Shown here: positions 24,840-38,397 of the stretch, piece by piece
Numbering within the stretch: position 1 is the stretch's first letter
Layout of the letters: each line of letters starts with the position of its first letter
Assembly (NCBI RefSeq): GCF_001194135.2
Contig: NC_068984.1
Location: 134,163,073-134,227,072 of the forward strand
DNA length: 64,000 bases
Source of the DNA: Octopus bimaculoides
Taxonomy: Eukaryota
Direction of reading: 5' to 3'
Translations under genes and position numbers: made by a program
Notes under the pieces: model-generated
Told to the model about the DNA's origin: nothing
Databases searched by the model: none
The model's input: the letters and a program-made list of their open reading frames with translations, nothing else

Positions 24840-26339
24840 CGCTGGACTGGCTCCTGTGCAGGTGGCACATAAAATACACCATTTCGAGTGTGGCTGTTGC
24901 CAGTACCTCCTGACTGGCCTTCGTGCCAGTGGCACGTAAAAGCATCCTCTACACTCTCTGAGTGGTTGGCGTTAGGAAGGGCATCCAGCTGTAGAAACTC
25001 TGCCAAATCAGATTGGAGCTTGGTGCAGCCTCTGGCTCACCAGTCCTCAGTCAAATCCTACAACCCATGCTAGCATGGAAAGCGGACGTTAAACGATGAT
25101 GAATAATAAACGATAATAATAATCATAATGAGGGTTTCTTACACTGGATTGAGGCTACGCAGTTTGAGAGGTTACTATTGATCAAACGGATAAATATGTA
25201 ACTGGTACTTATTTTATCAAACCCACTGACATTTTTAATTCAATGTAAATGGACTGTCTGCCATCTTGTGTGTCCTGAATCTGCTGGTAATCACAGGCAC
25301 ATTCACATTTATGCACAAAACACAAAGCTACTGTCAAGAACAATGCATCCAAATGAAGTCCCATCTGTAAATTGCATATACACTTGTACTTCTTCTTTCA
25401 GATATATATTGAACCAGTAACAGGACAGATTTGGCATCGAGTAATCAGTTTCCAGTTTAACATCAAGATTTCCAGAAAACTGTTTGATTCTAAATGGAAG
25501 CAGCCTCTCAATTTGGCTTCTTTCGAACATCTCTTACCTGTTTACTGGGTGAAAACAGTCACAACAATGACACAAATTCAGCCATACAAAGATTTTGTAA
25601 GTTTTTTTTATTTTTTTTTATAGATATAACTAGTTGTTGTTGTTTAGTCCCAAGTCGGTTCTGACTGAGCAAACCTATGATCAGATATTCTAGTCATGGC
25701 TATCCTGTCATTTGTCTTTAGGCTGTGTGCTTCTTTCTCTTTTTAAGATAATAGTGTGATATGAGGGAGAGCTAGTTGTCAACTGAAGACTGAGCATCTA
25801 CATACATGCCCCTCTTGTTGAATAAATAGCTCTTTTAATTTCTGGAAAGGAAAAACAAAATTCATGTATATTTGCTCTCTTTCTTTTGTGTGTGTGTGTG
25901 TGTATGTGTGTGTGCATATATATAAATTAATGCAAGCAGCTACACGTGTGAAAAGCCAGATCTGGCTAGTGTGAATATAAAACAGATCAAGTGTTTTGAC
26001 TGGATATGGCTGGTTTAAATGCTAAAGGGTCAATACCAGAAAGTGAAGATACCTTAGATTTTATCACATTCAATGTCTACCAGGCAAAATATAGACTATA
26101 GAAATAAGTGAAATAAAAACCTTTATGATGTAAAAGAAAAGATTGCTTCTGGCTTTGTTAAGGTAAATATTTTCAGCTCTTTATTCTTGTTGCAGGTAAC
26201 AAATATGAGGAGATGGGCCTGTGGAGGTTTGATCAGCTTTACTCTCCTAGCTTTGTCCATCATGATGTGTGGTAGCTTTATCATCTTTAAGCCTTATGTC
26301 TTCAACAGAGTGTATCCTTTACCAGAAGCAACTACTTGA
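12437..26339 (+). CDS. Divergent CD36/SCARB (LIMP-2-like) scavenger receptor class B gene, 9 coding exons, 2169 nt, about 722 aa
   Basis: Exons 12437-12471, 12527-12770, 15508-15600, 17149-17307, 18208-19099, 20809-21057, 23667-23824, 25402-25596 and 26196-26339 join through GT-AG introns with matching phases (2,0,0,0,1,1,0,0) into one ORF. It has N- and C-terminal TM helices and CD36-family motifs in the expected order: [64 protein letters not shown]. Confidence 0.9.
12527..12770 (+). CDS. CD36-like exon 2: cytosolic N-tail and N-terminal TM ([22 protein letters not shown]); alternative ATG at 12552
   Basis: Hydrophobic helix followed by ...SINYEQW and a canonical donor TGG|GTAAGT at 12771. 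Confidence 0.88.
13752..14055 (+). mobile_element. Rearranged SINE family B copy with an internal inverted duplication
   Basis: Head at 13752-13860, then an inverted copy of the core, then the forward core and tail. Confidence 0.8.
14340..14600 (-). pseudogene. R4/Dong-like (restriction-like endonuclease) LINE ORF remnant
   Basis: Translation [27 protein letters not shown]...[24 protein letters not shown] resembles the R4/Dong LAQ.EYK.RH....IH..LC...VLEN...K.LWDF.IQTD motif. Confidence 0.65.
15508..15600 (+). CDS. CD36-like exon 3 ([31 protein letters not shown])
   Basis: Pyrimidine tract plus AG at 15507, 93 nt phase 0-0, donor AAG|GTATGT. Matches the CD36 Y.FN..N......KP segment. Confidence 0.88.
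17149..17307 (+). CDS. CD36-like exon 4 ([11 protein letters not shown]...[10 protein letters not shown])
   Basis: Signature EVGPYVY, acceptor tatttcAG, donor AAG|GTATGT, 159 nt. Confidence 0.92.
18208..19099 (+). CDS. CD36-like exon 5 (892 nt) carrying an insertion of about 200 aa
   Basis: Lies in the long stop-free ORF 18082-19152. It starts LNIFNLEYL after acceptor ttggaAG and ends at ACT G|GTGAGT (phase 1). Contains [14 protein letters not shown]. Confidence 0.85.
19229..19727 (+). mobile_element. 5'-truncated RTE/BovB-like LINE 3' end inside an (ATGT)n tract
   Basis: [37 protein letters not shown]...KPRLRFKD, the typical RTE ORF2 C-terminus. (TATG)n lies on both flanks. Confidence 0.85.
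20809..21057 (+). CDS. CD36-like exon 6 (...[11 protein letters not shown]...[14 protein letters not shown]...VGRYLPVN)
   Basis: Acceptor aattgcAG, phase 1-1, 249 nt, donor AAT G|GTAAGT. Corresponds to the CD36 G.DG..F.P / F....CRS....RY region. Confidence 0.85.
21345..21549 (-). mobile_element. Helentron-associated (DINE-1/HINE-like) non-autonomous element among family B SINE copies (21130-21320, 21550-21740)
   Basis: Minus strand reads ATTACCTCCTTAGCAAAGGCAGACG...TGTCTG(TTTG)n...GGATGGATTCAGATGAAACTTT, the terminus-plus-microsatellite layout of HINEs. Confidence 0.6.
22740..23140 (-). mobile_element. Composite SINE: family A head plus family B tail
   Basis: Both segments match other copies in the window. 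Confidence 0.75.
23667..23824 (+). CDS. CD36-like exon 7 (DEFKVDG...[20 protein letters not shown]...KSHCY)
   Basis: Acceptor ttcttAG, phase 1-0, donor TAT|GTAATT. Matches CD36 G..dvs.C.....S.PHF...H. Confidence 0.82.
24620..24800 (-). mobile_element. SINE family B copy (CpG-decayed)
   Basis: CTGGTACTTATTTTATTGACCCTGAAGGGATGAAAGGCAAAGTCAAC core. Confidence 0.78.
24840..25105 (+). mobile_element. SINE family D with RTE-like 3' tail ending in (GAT)n
   Basis: GGTTGGCGTTAGGAAGGGCATCCAGC...AACCCATGCTAGCATGGAAAGCGGACGTTAAACGATGATGA. Related copies at about 42270-42440(-), 50885-51060(-), 53905-54030(-), 55740-55900(+) and 55930-56110(-). Confidence 0.75.
25402..25596 (+). CDS. CD36-like exon 8 ([23 protein letters not shown]...LLPVYW...)
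   Basis: Classic iEP.TG..Q.N..lP..W motif, acceptor cttctttcAG, donor TTT|GTAAGT, 195 nt. Confidence 0.92.
26196..26339 (+). CDS. CD36-like terminal exon 9: C-terminal TM and short tail, stop TGA
   Basis: Acceptor ttgttgcAG, translation [53 protein letters not shown] signals lie downstream near 26818 and 26925. Confidence 0.88.
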   Translation, partial: VTNMRRWACGGLISFTLLALSIMMCGSFIIFKPYVFNRVYPLPEATT

Positions 26340-28079
26340 AAACAGTGTTGGTCTGAAATCCCCTTTTGGCATTGAATCATGTAACATAAATCTGCCTATT
26401 AAAACTGCATCATGTTTGTGACATTTAAGACAAATGATCGTAAAGTCTTAGATTTAAATACTTCTGTTTTGATGTCATATAATCCAGTTATCTTTATTTT
26501 ATAAATCCTTAAACACTTTATCCAAAATCTCAGGTATTTTGTAGTTATGTCTCTTTTAAAATATATATTTACATACATATATGTCCATATGCTGTTGAAT
26601 ATGTATCTCAAGTTAACTGTAAATTGCCACATGTAGCTGTTAAATATGTCTTTTAGCTAAGAATCATTATATGCAAATGAGAACATTCTGATATCCATTA
26701 TGTTTATCGGAAAATGCTGTCTCTTTTATATTGTTACTTCAGCAATTATATATTATTTATTTTCTTTTCAATGTTTAGATAATAATTGCATCATGATGAA
26801 TCATGTAGAAAAATGAAAATAAAGAAGTTTAAAGCATTTGGTCTCTCACTCATTTATTTCCAGTTCACCACTTTCTTGAATATATTCGTCAAAAGAGAAA
26901 AATAATATTAATTTTTTTTTTACCAATAAATGTGCCTATGGAATTGTAGAACCCTGATATCTCTGATGGTGCTGTTGCTATGCTGTGCATCAAGCAAAAG
27001 GTCACCTCACTGCTTTGTATACATTTGTATATCATTGGTATGAACACATACCAATTTCTGGGCCCACAGACATGCTATCTCTTTATTATCTCTTCTGTCA
27101 CTACTAGTGATCTCTGTTGCTTGGAACTTGCTGGTCTCATGCAATATCATCAGGTACACCTGACCACTTGTCCCCTTGTATGTGCCCCCAAATCAGTTGT
27201 CTCCTATAAAGTCACACCATCATGGCATGTGTTGACAGAGCTCTTTTCATCTCACTCCTAACTCTGGCATATCCCATAGGTCAGTTTTGCACTCTCTCTC
27301 TCTCTGTCTTCAATACATCAATAATCTGTCTTCAATACATCAATACATCTCTGTCTTCAATAATCTAGCTGCCAATCACCTAACAAAGCTCTCTCTTTAT
27401 GCAGCCTAGATATCATATGCCAAGCCTGTATTAATTACATGAATGGAGACCTTGAGGGAATCCTCCAATGGAAGCATGTCAATCTTATCTCTATCACTGA
27501 CAAAACTCAATTTCTATTCAAATCAAGAAACATCACTGCACGTAAAGTTTGAATGAACAGTTAGAAGAATAATATTATAGATTTAGCTTAATAAAAAAAT
27601 ACTTTACACTACCAACACACCACCACCACCACCTCGTTCATCACTATAGTTTTCAGTTACAAAGCTCATTTCAGTTCAGTTCAGTTGTTTGTTTATTTCT
27701 ACTTTTTCTTGCTGTTGATGTATCTCTACTCTGACAATACAAATGCTATCTACCTCTCTCTCCCTCAATATAACTGCTTCCTCTGTTCATCTCTCTTTAA
27801 GCTCACCACCAGAACATCCCCCTCTGCTAAATATTGTATTGTAAACATATCTCTTACTCTTTACCTTCCCCTCACCACCCTACAGTATGTGTTAATGCTT
27901 CTCTCACCGTATTTTTCTCTCACTCTTTGTCTCACCCTTCAGCTTACCATGTGACACATTTGATCTTATTATACATCTCTCTCTACTTCTTTCTTCTCTA
28001 CTCACACTTTTACTCCACCCCTCTACCTAAAGTATAATGGGCGAACAAACAAGCAGATTATTATATAGATGTTGGTGTG

Positions 28080-28260
28080 TGTGAATCATTTGTATATTAA
28101 TTGAAGGAGTTTCTTTTGGACATGGTTGAATATTTGTTTGAATGTAGTAGTACCACCATTCCATAAACGTGAACAATACTCCAATGTAGGTCTTACTAGA
28201 GCCTCATTGTTGCTGCAAATTGAATTCAGTTGAAGATGTTGCATATTAGGCTATTCAGTA
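28080..28260 (-). pseudogene. CR1/L2-group LINE fragment
   Basis: Minus translation VRPTLEYCSRLWNGG...VQKK matches the post-RT motif (L/V)RP.LEYC..VW. Confidence 0.5.
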
Positions 28261-29360
28261 AGTTTTATATTTATGTTGATGAATTAATAGTACAGAACAT
28301 ACAGAAATAAAGTAGTAGTGTTTTGCTTGTTATCTTGTAACCATGCTCTGGAAAATCTCCGAAAGCCAATTTTTTATTTCACATGCTGAAAGTTGTTATA
28401 AATTAATATAAAAATAATACGAAAGTAATTTTTGTTTTTCTTAGGAAAACAAACCATTTTATTTCTTAATTACACATATATAGTCTGTACAGTCATACAA
28501 AATCAGTATTAAGTTGGACACTGCAATTAGCGAGCTCTACACAAGACAAATTAGTATTATCATTTCTGTTTACTGTTTAATTATTTTTTTTTTTTATAGT
28601 TGGTAATAATAAACCAAAGTCATTTGTCATTACATTTCAAAAGAATGTTCTTTTTGTTTTGATTTTCTCCTTTTTTATTTTTTTTTACTTTGCTTTATTT
28701 TCTGACTCGGCACATATATTTAGGAAGCAGCCAGCATTTTGAAAATTTTAATGTCCCATACCTCATGACAAACTCTCCAACAGTTATGTCTGAGCACAAG
28801 ACATTTGCTGCTTTGGACAAATGGAAATATTTAGAAAGAAGGAGAGAAGGAGCAGGAGTAAGGAGCAAGATAAATATAGAAACAGAGCAACAATAGAGAG
28901 AAGGAGGGTAATATCCAGTAAAACTTGGAATTGAATTAAATGAAAAGGTAAAGGAAAACATCATAAAGAGGTTCATATTGGAAAGGTATTGAGAAGGGGA
29001 GGTTTTTGGTAGGGTTATTAAGCAGTTGGGTTAAAGAAAGGGCTTTTCTTTCTAGAATTTACCATCTCTCTATAAGAGTGCCCAAAATGTAGGAGATAAG
29101 TCATTGATTGAAGCTTAAAAATAAAAATAAAATATCCTAGTTGAAATTCCTGTGTTCTTAGATTTTAGTCAAAACACCAAGGAAGTTAATTAGAAATATA
29201 CTATTTGAAATGGTATAAACAGTAGACAGTGATTAATAAATTTTTTTTTTCCATTATCAATAATTTTAAAATTAATTTTAGTTATAATGCTTTTTATTTA
29301 TTTATTTTTTTTTGACAGGATAGATGGAAATAGATACACAGCACCCTTTTGTTTTGGGGC

Positions 29361-29575
29361 AGTTGGTGATAGAAACACATCTACTTCAATGAGGTGGGTA
29401 GAAACTGAAGTATATATTCCTCAGGGGAGTAGATGAGAATAGAGACACACCTTCCTCAATGGAGTTGGTGGTTAAAGAAACACATCAACTTCAATAAGGC
29501 CGGTAGAAACAGAAGCATACATTCCTCAATGGGGTAGATGATTATAGAGACATTCCCTCAGTGAGGCAATTTGGG
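29361..29575. repeat. Degenerate tandem repeat of about 102 bp built from subunits of about 34 bp
   Basis: AGTTGGTG..AGAAACACATC.ACTTCAAT.AGG..GGTAGAAAC.GAAG.ATA.ATTCCTCA..GG.GTAGATGA..ATAGAGACA occurs at 29361 and again at 29463. Confidence 0.75.
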
Positions 29576-31649
29576 ATAGAAGTACATTTTTCTAAGTACT
29601 GGAGTAAAAAAATGTACTTCATTGAAAAAAAAAAAGAAGTCTTCCTTATGAGTACTCTTAATTTTTCTCTAGTGTGAGATATAACTAAAAAAAAAATCAT
29701 ATATATTACCTTCTGTTGTTAGTGTTTTCAGTACAATATACATGAGATTTTGTTCATCTTTATCAATAAAATATGCATATAGAAGTCTTCTCATTATAAT
29801 GTAGAGAAAAAAAAATTATCTAAAGTAAATTGCACTTTTGAAAGCAATGAAAAAACTGCCAAATTTTGAAATGAGAATTGTTTGACTGAAAGCAACAATG
29901 TGTTACTATGATTTGGTTCCAGCAAAAAGATGAAATATGCTGGCATATGTTTTATTTGCTCTATAGCAAGATATGGCCACTTATTTATGTAAGCATGCAT
30001 GTATTTATATACATATATGCAAGTAAATATGAGCATGTATATTTGAAGTAAAATTCATCCCTCACATTCTTCAACATATTTAATCTCTTCTATTTAGAAC
30101 TGTTCTTTTATAGTCAATGACAATATATTCTTTAGTTAGCCAGCTTAGAACAGTACTTAACTGTAGCTGGAACAACAAGCTTATTTGGGGTGTGTCTCAA
30201 GTTGAATAGGTATACAGACACACACACACGTGCATACACACACGTGCATACACACACACTTGATCACACACACACGTCTTACATATAGAAAGAAGTTGGG
30301 TTAATAGTCACTTATTCACCTTTAAAAACATACCAAATGCACTTATTCTAAAGAGTGCAAATAAAAAGTGAAGGACACTATCTTTATTACAAAGCTCATT
30401 TTACTTAATTTACTTCTATTCATAGCTTATCTTTATTATGTTTAATTGTTTTCAGAATTGATTTTATCTTCATTAGCTAAAAAATAAGATGAAATGGATT
30501 AAATTAAGAGGAAACATACTCCAAATATGCATGAAGAATATAACAAATATGTACTGATGCTTTTAGATTTCAGCTGCCTAGTTTAACACACAAAAGTTAG
30601 CAAAGAGTTCAAAACAATTGTTGGCATCTTAATTATTGGTAACATTCCTGAAATTGAATGCCAAAAAAATAAAAAAAATTATTACCCCCCCACCAAAAAT
30701 GTTTTCTTTTTTGTCACCTAAATGTAACAAGAAGACTTCTATACACTCCAATATACAGACATATATATTTATATATGTGAATGTATATTTACAATTTATA
30801 TTTGCATATATATATATATACATATATATGTATATATACACACATGCATACATGTTTATTTATATATGTACATGCATGTATATAGCTATATGTATATATA
30901 GGTATATACATATAGACATATATGTATTTTCATATATATATATGTATATAAACACATTGAAACGTACATATGATGTATGTATTTTATATATATATATATA
31001 TGTATATATAAAGTTTATAGATTTTGACATGTGTGTGTGTACACAAAGTATACATACACATATTTTCCCATACACATACACATAAATCCATTTGTAGATT
31101 TTAATCTCAAAGATGGATTTAATGCAAGAATCCCACGGTTTTATCTCCATTCTTTTGTTATTATATTTGTACTGTTTTAGTTGATAATGTCTCCTTTCAT
31201 ATACATGCGCAAAGCAGCGCTGTTGCAACATCTTTTGCTCGTGTAGCTGCCTGTTGTTGCTGCTGCTGCTGCTGTACTACAAGGCTAGCCAGCAGATTCT
31301 GGCATAGTTCTTAGAATCTTTGGTTAGTTCATGGTAATTTCGAATTCATTTGTGTAATTGAGTGGCGACAATCCGTTCAACATTGGAGCAATGGTTCTCT
31401 GATTGTTAGTTAATTATATGATTTCAACAAGTTGGGTATCAACATGGCCAACATATTTTGTAAATTAATTTTGCGGTGAGGGCTAGGCAAAGCTAACTTA
31501 AAGTTATAGTATAAAAAAATTATTAAATGGAAACGAGACAAAAATTTCAATTTATGAATGTAACACAATAATCTGCAATGCAATTAAATCACAAAAAGTC
31601 TCCAAATCCATTTCTGAACTAAAATAATTACAATAGTCATTAGGAGATG

Positions 31650-31880
31650 ATGATAATAATATTAATATGACAATAATAATAATAATAATAATGAGCAGGA
31701 GAACAATGATATTAACGGTGATGGCGAAAGTGATTTCAATGATGATGATGATGATGATGACAATGATGATGATGGTGATAATGATGATGATGATGATGAT
31801 GATGACGACGATGATAATAATAATAATAATAATCATAATAATAACAGCAACAACAAGAGCAATAATAATGATCATAATTA
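31650..31880. repeat. Compound trinucleotide microsatellite (AAT/GAT/GAC/AAC)
   Basis: Directly visible; explains the poly-I/poly-M ORFs. Confidence 0.9.
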
Positions 31881-32179
31881 TACTTATTCCAATAAAGCTA
31901 ACTGTTGTATTTGTTAGCTGGTTAAGAGGGCTTTAAGATTAATTTCTTGTCTAGGAGATTATGGGCTTGTCAGTAGGTAGTTTTATTAAGGTACCATTTA
32001 AATAAATAATGTGTTTTCCTCTTGGAGTGAGATCAGAAAATTAGAATTTTCTTTTAAAACTACAAAAATAAAAAGTGTAAATAAAAAAAAATTAAAAAAA
32101 TATATTTCCCCAATAAAACTTAACATCTGACTCATTGTATACTGCTATCTTGTCAGCAGGTCAGGAAATGAAAAGTATC

Positions 32180-32245
<66 letters not shown>

Positions 32246-35200
32246 CTGTGTGTGTGTGTGTGTGTGTGTCTGTCTGTCTGTGTGTACATGATGTTAGAAG
32301 TTATAATGAAAAGAGTAAAACATATTTTTATATCTATATATCTATAAAAATATTCATTATCTTTAAGATATTGTGTTTAAAATTTAATAATAAAATAGTT
32401 AATAGGAAAGATTAGTTTCTTTTTATTGAATATCAGTATAATAAAGGCAAGAGAGTTTAACTGAATTATAATCTAACAGAACCAGCAATGCCAAGCCCCT
32501 TGAGGTTATCATATGATGTATTACACACTATCTGTTATATAACAATACCCTTATAATATACTAAATATATCTTCAAAGATATCACAATTATTTGCTTATA
32601 CTCTATATATACATGGATGCACATTTGTACATAGATATATACATATATATATATGCAAATAGAGGCACATCCCAACAAGCAAAATATGTACTATTTACAT
32701 ATACATATAATATATGAACTACATACACATATATGTACATTTCGATTTATGAATGAGCATATATGTACACTTACATAGACATGCACACATACAAACACTC
32801 ACACAACACAAATTCTCACACATAGATGTAGTTGGAAATGGAACTGTATTTTTAAAGAGTTACGTTTTCTATGGGCAAAGAGAATTGGGAATTGTTCTGA
32901 TACATTTATGCACACAGGCACAAGACCTGCTGTAATGAAAAAACATGATGTCCATATGTGTATGTGTGTGAGTGTGTGGATATATTTGTAATGTATGTGT
33001 GCATGTATATATGTCTATGACATTGGCACATTCTCTTTGAAGTACTCCCCATGATAATGATTTATCATATCAATTAACTGAAAAGTATTTATTTCATCCC
33101 TACAGCTGATTAGGCTAATCTGAAATGTTAATTAGAACTGTTCCAATGTCATATAAGTCAGATATTTCATAATACAAATTATTTCATATGATTTGAAAAA
33201 CATTCAATTTATATATCTAAGAAAGAAATATTCCATTTTTTTCTAAATAGCTATTTTCTGGAACATAACTTTAGATTAAGAATACTTATAAGTAATCAAT
33301 TTATTTTTGATTTCTAATTTGGGAGAGAGAGTGTGTGTGTGTGTATATGATATATATATCGAGGGAGAGAGAGAGAGAGAGAGAGAGAACTGAATTTAAG
33401 GAAAGTGTTGGTAGCATCACTCAAATATGGAAATCAAATTGAAAGAAATTATGTTGAACATAGAATAAATGTACATTTTGAATGTACATAAATTTAAACA
33501 TGAAAGTAGTTTTACTAAATAAAGTTATATGGAAGTGTTGTATGTATTAATTTTAATTATTTGTAGTTTAGAATTTTAATCCCTTAAATATATTAACTGA
33601 ATATCTTAGAATCAGAGTTATTGAAACTGTAGCAACAGCATTCAACATATTTGTAACTTAATTTTTTTGCTTTGGATATTCTCTATCCTAAACTATTGTT
33701 TGATTCTGAGAAAGGAAAAAATTCTGTTCTATGTAAATGTGCTGTTGGAAGAAGGGGTTGAAAGGGACTTTATCTTTCTACAAAGTGAGATGATATATTT
33801 ATCTATAAACTATTCTTTCACTAAAGTCAGAATCTAATTACAATTGTGCATCAAAGAATTGAAACAAAGTATACCCTGATTTAAATCGATTATCAGCAAA
33901 ACTGTTAGAAAGTGTTATATTTTGATATTCTGTGTCAACTGTAATTAGTAATGAAATTAAAATTTATAATAAAGATATACGAAGAATAAAAACGAATTAG
34001 TGACTTCATAGTTTAGAATATGTTACACAATATTTGTTTGATCTCTGGGTAATTTGTACTACTGTGCCTGTAGTAGCTTTATCCAATGTGTGTGTGTGTG
34101 TGTGTGTGTTTAGTTTCTTTTCAATTGCTGTTCTATCTTCAAGATTTCATAAATTGTAAAAATATATCAACATAAACTAATCAACAAGATAACAAGAACA
34201 ATTTTCTAATCAACAACAACCCAGAAGCCTCATCATCAGTAACAACAATAACAGAAGCAAATCTTTATAATTTGCAGTTGATTTATAAATTTAAATGAAA
34301 ATAAATTCATGTAAATTTACTTTTGTCTGGGTTAATTTTCATACAGAGAAAGGCAGAATATATGAAGAGAACAGAATTGTAAATAAAGTTCAGACTTGTT
34401 ATTCAATCAACTCAAACACTGGGACTAAGCAAACATATTGAAACTGGAGAAATGAGAACAGACCTAAAGCATTTACAACCAACAGAAAGTTAAACTTTAT
34501 TATAGTAAGGTAACATTTAACTTGCCAGAAGTTATAAAATAAAGTGGAATCTAAACACATCATCAGTAGCAGAGTAGCAAAGCAATATATGTGTTAATAA
34601 ACGATGTTGAAAGCTAAGGAGGAATGTCTTAGAGTGAGAGGTTCTTTAACACCAGAGTATAGTTTTTCTTTATTGATAAGCATAAATGGATATATACCAC
34701 AAGAAGTTCAATTCGCCTTAAGGTGAAGACATTTTGTATGTGTAGGATTTATTACTGTTTGTCATTTGCATTTAAGGATATGTGCATATATATATTCATA
34801 CATGTAATTGTGACATATATCAGTGTTGGAATTGCTCCTGTATGTGGCTATGTAAATGCTCCTGTATGTGACTGTATAATGAGGGAATATCTATATTTGG
34901 ATAAAGAAAGCCTTAATACAAAGACGTTAAGGTTGTTGTTCAGATACATAGTGCATCAATTCACTTACATTTACAATGTCAAAAATGCATATGTCTGAAC
35001 ATTTCTTTACTTACTCCATCTGAATAATGCTAGTAAATAAGTAGTTTTCTAAATGATTTTGCATTGATGCTATATTACCTAACAGAGACTGATGTAAAGA
35101 ATAGCAGAGCAAAGTATTCTTAAGGTTATACTTTAACATGAAGATAAAATCTGAAAAATCTTTTACTTAGCCCCTAAAACAAAAATATAAAAATGTTGCT

Positions 35201-37742
35201 GTTTATATATATATATATATATATATATTCTGGTGTCAAATCATATTGTTTAATGTTAATAATCAAATGTTAATAATGAATGCTTCTATTTTCATTTATT
35301 CAAATATTTGTTTTTTTTTCCAATCTGGAGCAATACTAGGACACAAATGTAAGAAATGAATTTTTAAATGGATTCTTTTAATAAAAGCATCTGTCATTAT
35401 TGCTTAACTGAAATCTAGCATCTGACGATAGGCACATTTTCTAGCTTGGCCAGGATGTTGTAATTGTCAAGTAAAAATTGTAATTTAAATATTTATTTCA
35501 GGAAACAGTTTTAATTAACTTTAAATATTTTATTTGATATCATGATTATTAATAATAAGAAATAGCAATGAATTAGTAGGTGAAGCAACAATATTTAACA
35601 TTAATATTTTTTAGAATCATCCATGACAAAAGTGTATCCTTTAAGTTTATTAATCATCATTAATATCTCTTATCAACACTTATGTAAAACATTATATATG
35701 TGGATTGGAGGTCTTTAAAACTAATGACTGGGTAGCTAATGCTTGAAAACAAAATTTTCTAATCAAATAACAAAAATGAATATAAAATGGGATAGAAATA
35801 GTTGGACGGAATGATGGACAAGGAGAATTTGAGTACTAGTTTAAAATATAAAAGAATCTATGTATATTTGTATGCATCTAAATATATTTAGGTTAGGAAA
35901 TGTTAGTATGCATGTTTGTGTGTGTCTATGTATGTAAGTAATGTATGTATGATGATATATATATATATAATATAATTATATATATATATATATACATAAT
36001 GATTATCATTATTATTATGTACATGCAAATATACATGTGTGTATGCCTTTCTTGTACAGTTTGTTAAATTTTAGTAGCGTAATATTGTCCATTTATCAAA
36101 GCAAATATGCTATTAAATTTACTTTTTATTCCTTTACAGGCAATGTATGTCAAAAATAAACAGTATAACTAAGATTTGTTTCAACTTACAGTTTCAGATC
36201 AAATCCCTTGCCAAACAATATGTTTACATATATATNNNNNNNNNNNNNNNNNNNNNNNNNTATATGTATATATATATATATGAATAATGTGTGTGTGTGT
36301 GTATAGAAAGTAACATGGTTAAGAAAGGGGGAAAACAAAACCTAACTGAAGGGGCAGGGTGTAAAATGACTCAGAGCACAATGGCAATTTTGCATACAAA
36401 AGAATTCAAAGGACATCAAAATGTTTATCATGGACTTGCACTTTTGAATATTAAGTTTTATCTGAAAATTAACTAAGAGTTTTGGACTAAGTATAAACAT
36501 TCATCAATCATAAATGTATTTCGGACTAAAACCCAGGAAATTAATTGTTTTGTTTACTAAATAAATTTTAATTTGTTCATAGAATCAATGCTAAAGAATC
36601 TTTTATTCTTGATTAATATATTTTTATGTTTCTAAGCTTTGAGTTAACAAGAAAATAGTTGAAGTAGATGCTTGTGTTTCCTTCTTTAAGGATAATGTTT
36701 CAGGAATAAGAATGAATAGTGTTTTGATTGTAGTTATCCATAGAAAAAATTATTGGAAAACAGGAATAGAAACCTCGTAAAACGAATGTTTTTGCATTTG
36801 CACGCTGACAAAAAGAATAATATAAGAAGATTGAAAATAATAATCAACTTAAATTAGCTAGATGAGGAGAAGTATGAAATAAAAAAGTGAAAAAAAAGTA
36901 TATACTAATGTCTGTTTTTCTAAAATTAGGTTTCAATGCTGATTACAATGCAACCTTATTGAGCATTCATTTCAATCTTTATTATTTATTAAACAAAGAG
37001 ATCTCCACTTGTCCTAAGGGAAATATTATATTGAATTCAGTAATGTGTACTGGGCCTATTTCTCTGGTATTTTGCTCTCATACCATTCAGACATTTCCAA
37101 AAGAAAAGAGACTAGGTTGAATAAGTTAGACAAAAACCAAGACAGAACTTGTATGTAGAAATGTATATCTTCAGTATAACGAAAACAAAAATTGGAATCA
37201 AGAAGAAATAATAAATGAAATGGGAAATCATAACTGCAACCAAAGACTACTAATATTACAGCAATAATAACAGTTAATATCACAGTGACACAGCATATGA
37301 TCTTTTGCTTTGTTATTTTTTCATTTTCTTTTCAATTATTTTAATAAAAAAGTGCATCTATGCAGCATTAGGGAAATAGTTATGAAAGACCAATGAAAAA
37401 CCTGAGGTTTCAATACCACTAATTCATACCAATGCAATATAGCACAATACAGGTATCAGTAGCAGTTAATAATACTTTCAATTAGACACAAGAATGGAAA
37501 AGAAACAAAAAAAAAAAATTTTAAAGCAATTTCTAGAAGCATGCAGTATGAGGGAGTAGTGGTGGTGTGTGTATGCTTGCATTGTGTGTGTGTGTAGGTG
37601 TATGTGTGTATGTGTGCGTGTGCGCATATCTTAATATATACATGTACATAAATTTAGCTTACATCCATACATTGGTGATCACTATTCAGCATTTGTGTGC
37701 ATATCTTGTATATGTAATTATGTACAATTTTATGTACACCTT

Positions 37743-37807
<65 letters not shown>

Positions 37808-38183
37808 GCACATATATATATATAATGTATGCATGTATATATATATATATACATACATACATAAATACACACACACACATATATATATTTATATATTTAA
37901 AAGTCAACCTTGTATACATACGCTCATACTGGCAGACACACATATACACACATGTATTGCTACACAAATTTTGGGTGTGTAAATATAAAACAAGCTCACA
38001 TGCACACACACTCACACACACACACATTTATATCCATTAAAAAGGGAGGAAGAAGACCAGCAAACATTCTTCACCATACATACAAATGGAAATACACATA
38101 CATACACAGGCACAAAGCCACAGACACATATACATGTATATGCCAATACTTATAAATTATTTGTAAATAGCAAACTGAAATCT

Positions 38184-38237
<54 letters not shown>

Positions 38238-38360
38238 TATGTAGTGATTTCTGTATACATGCATACAAAATTTAAGTACTTGCATTTATAGATATTGTCT
38301 GAATATTTCAATATGCATGCGCATGTGTGTTTGAGAGAAAGAAAGACTGAGAGCAGCAGA

Positions 38361-38397
<37 letters not shown>

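Noticed and set aside
29361-29575. CRISPR-like repeat/spacer appearance
   Set aside because: Units are degenerate with no unique spacers or cas genes, and the context is eukaryotic.
31552-31936. Poly-Ile and poly-Met hydrophobic ORFs
   Set aside because: Trinucleotide microsatellite with no splice or domain support.
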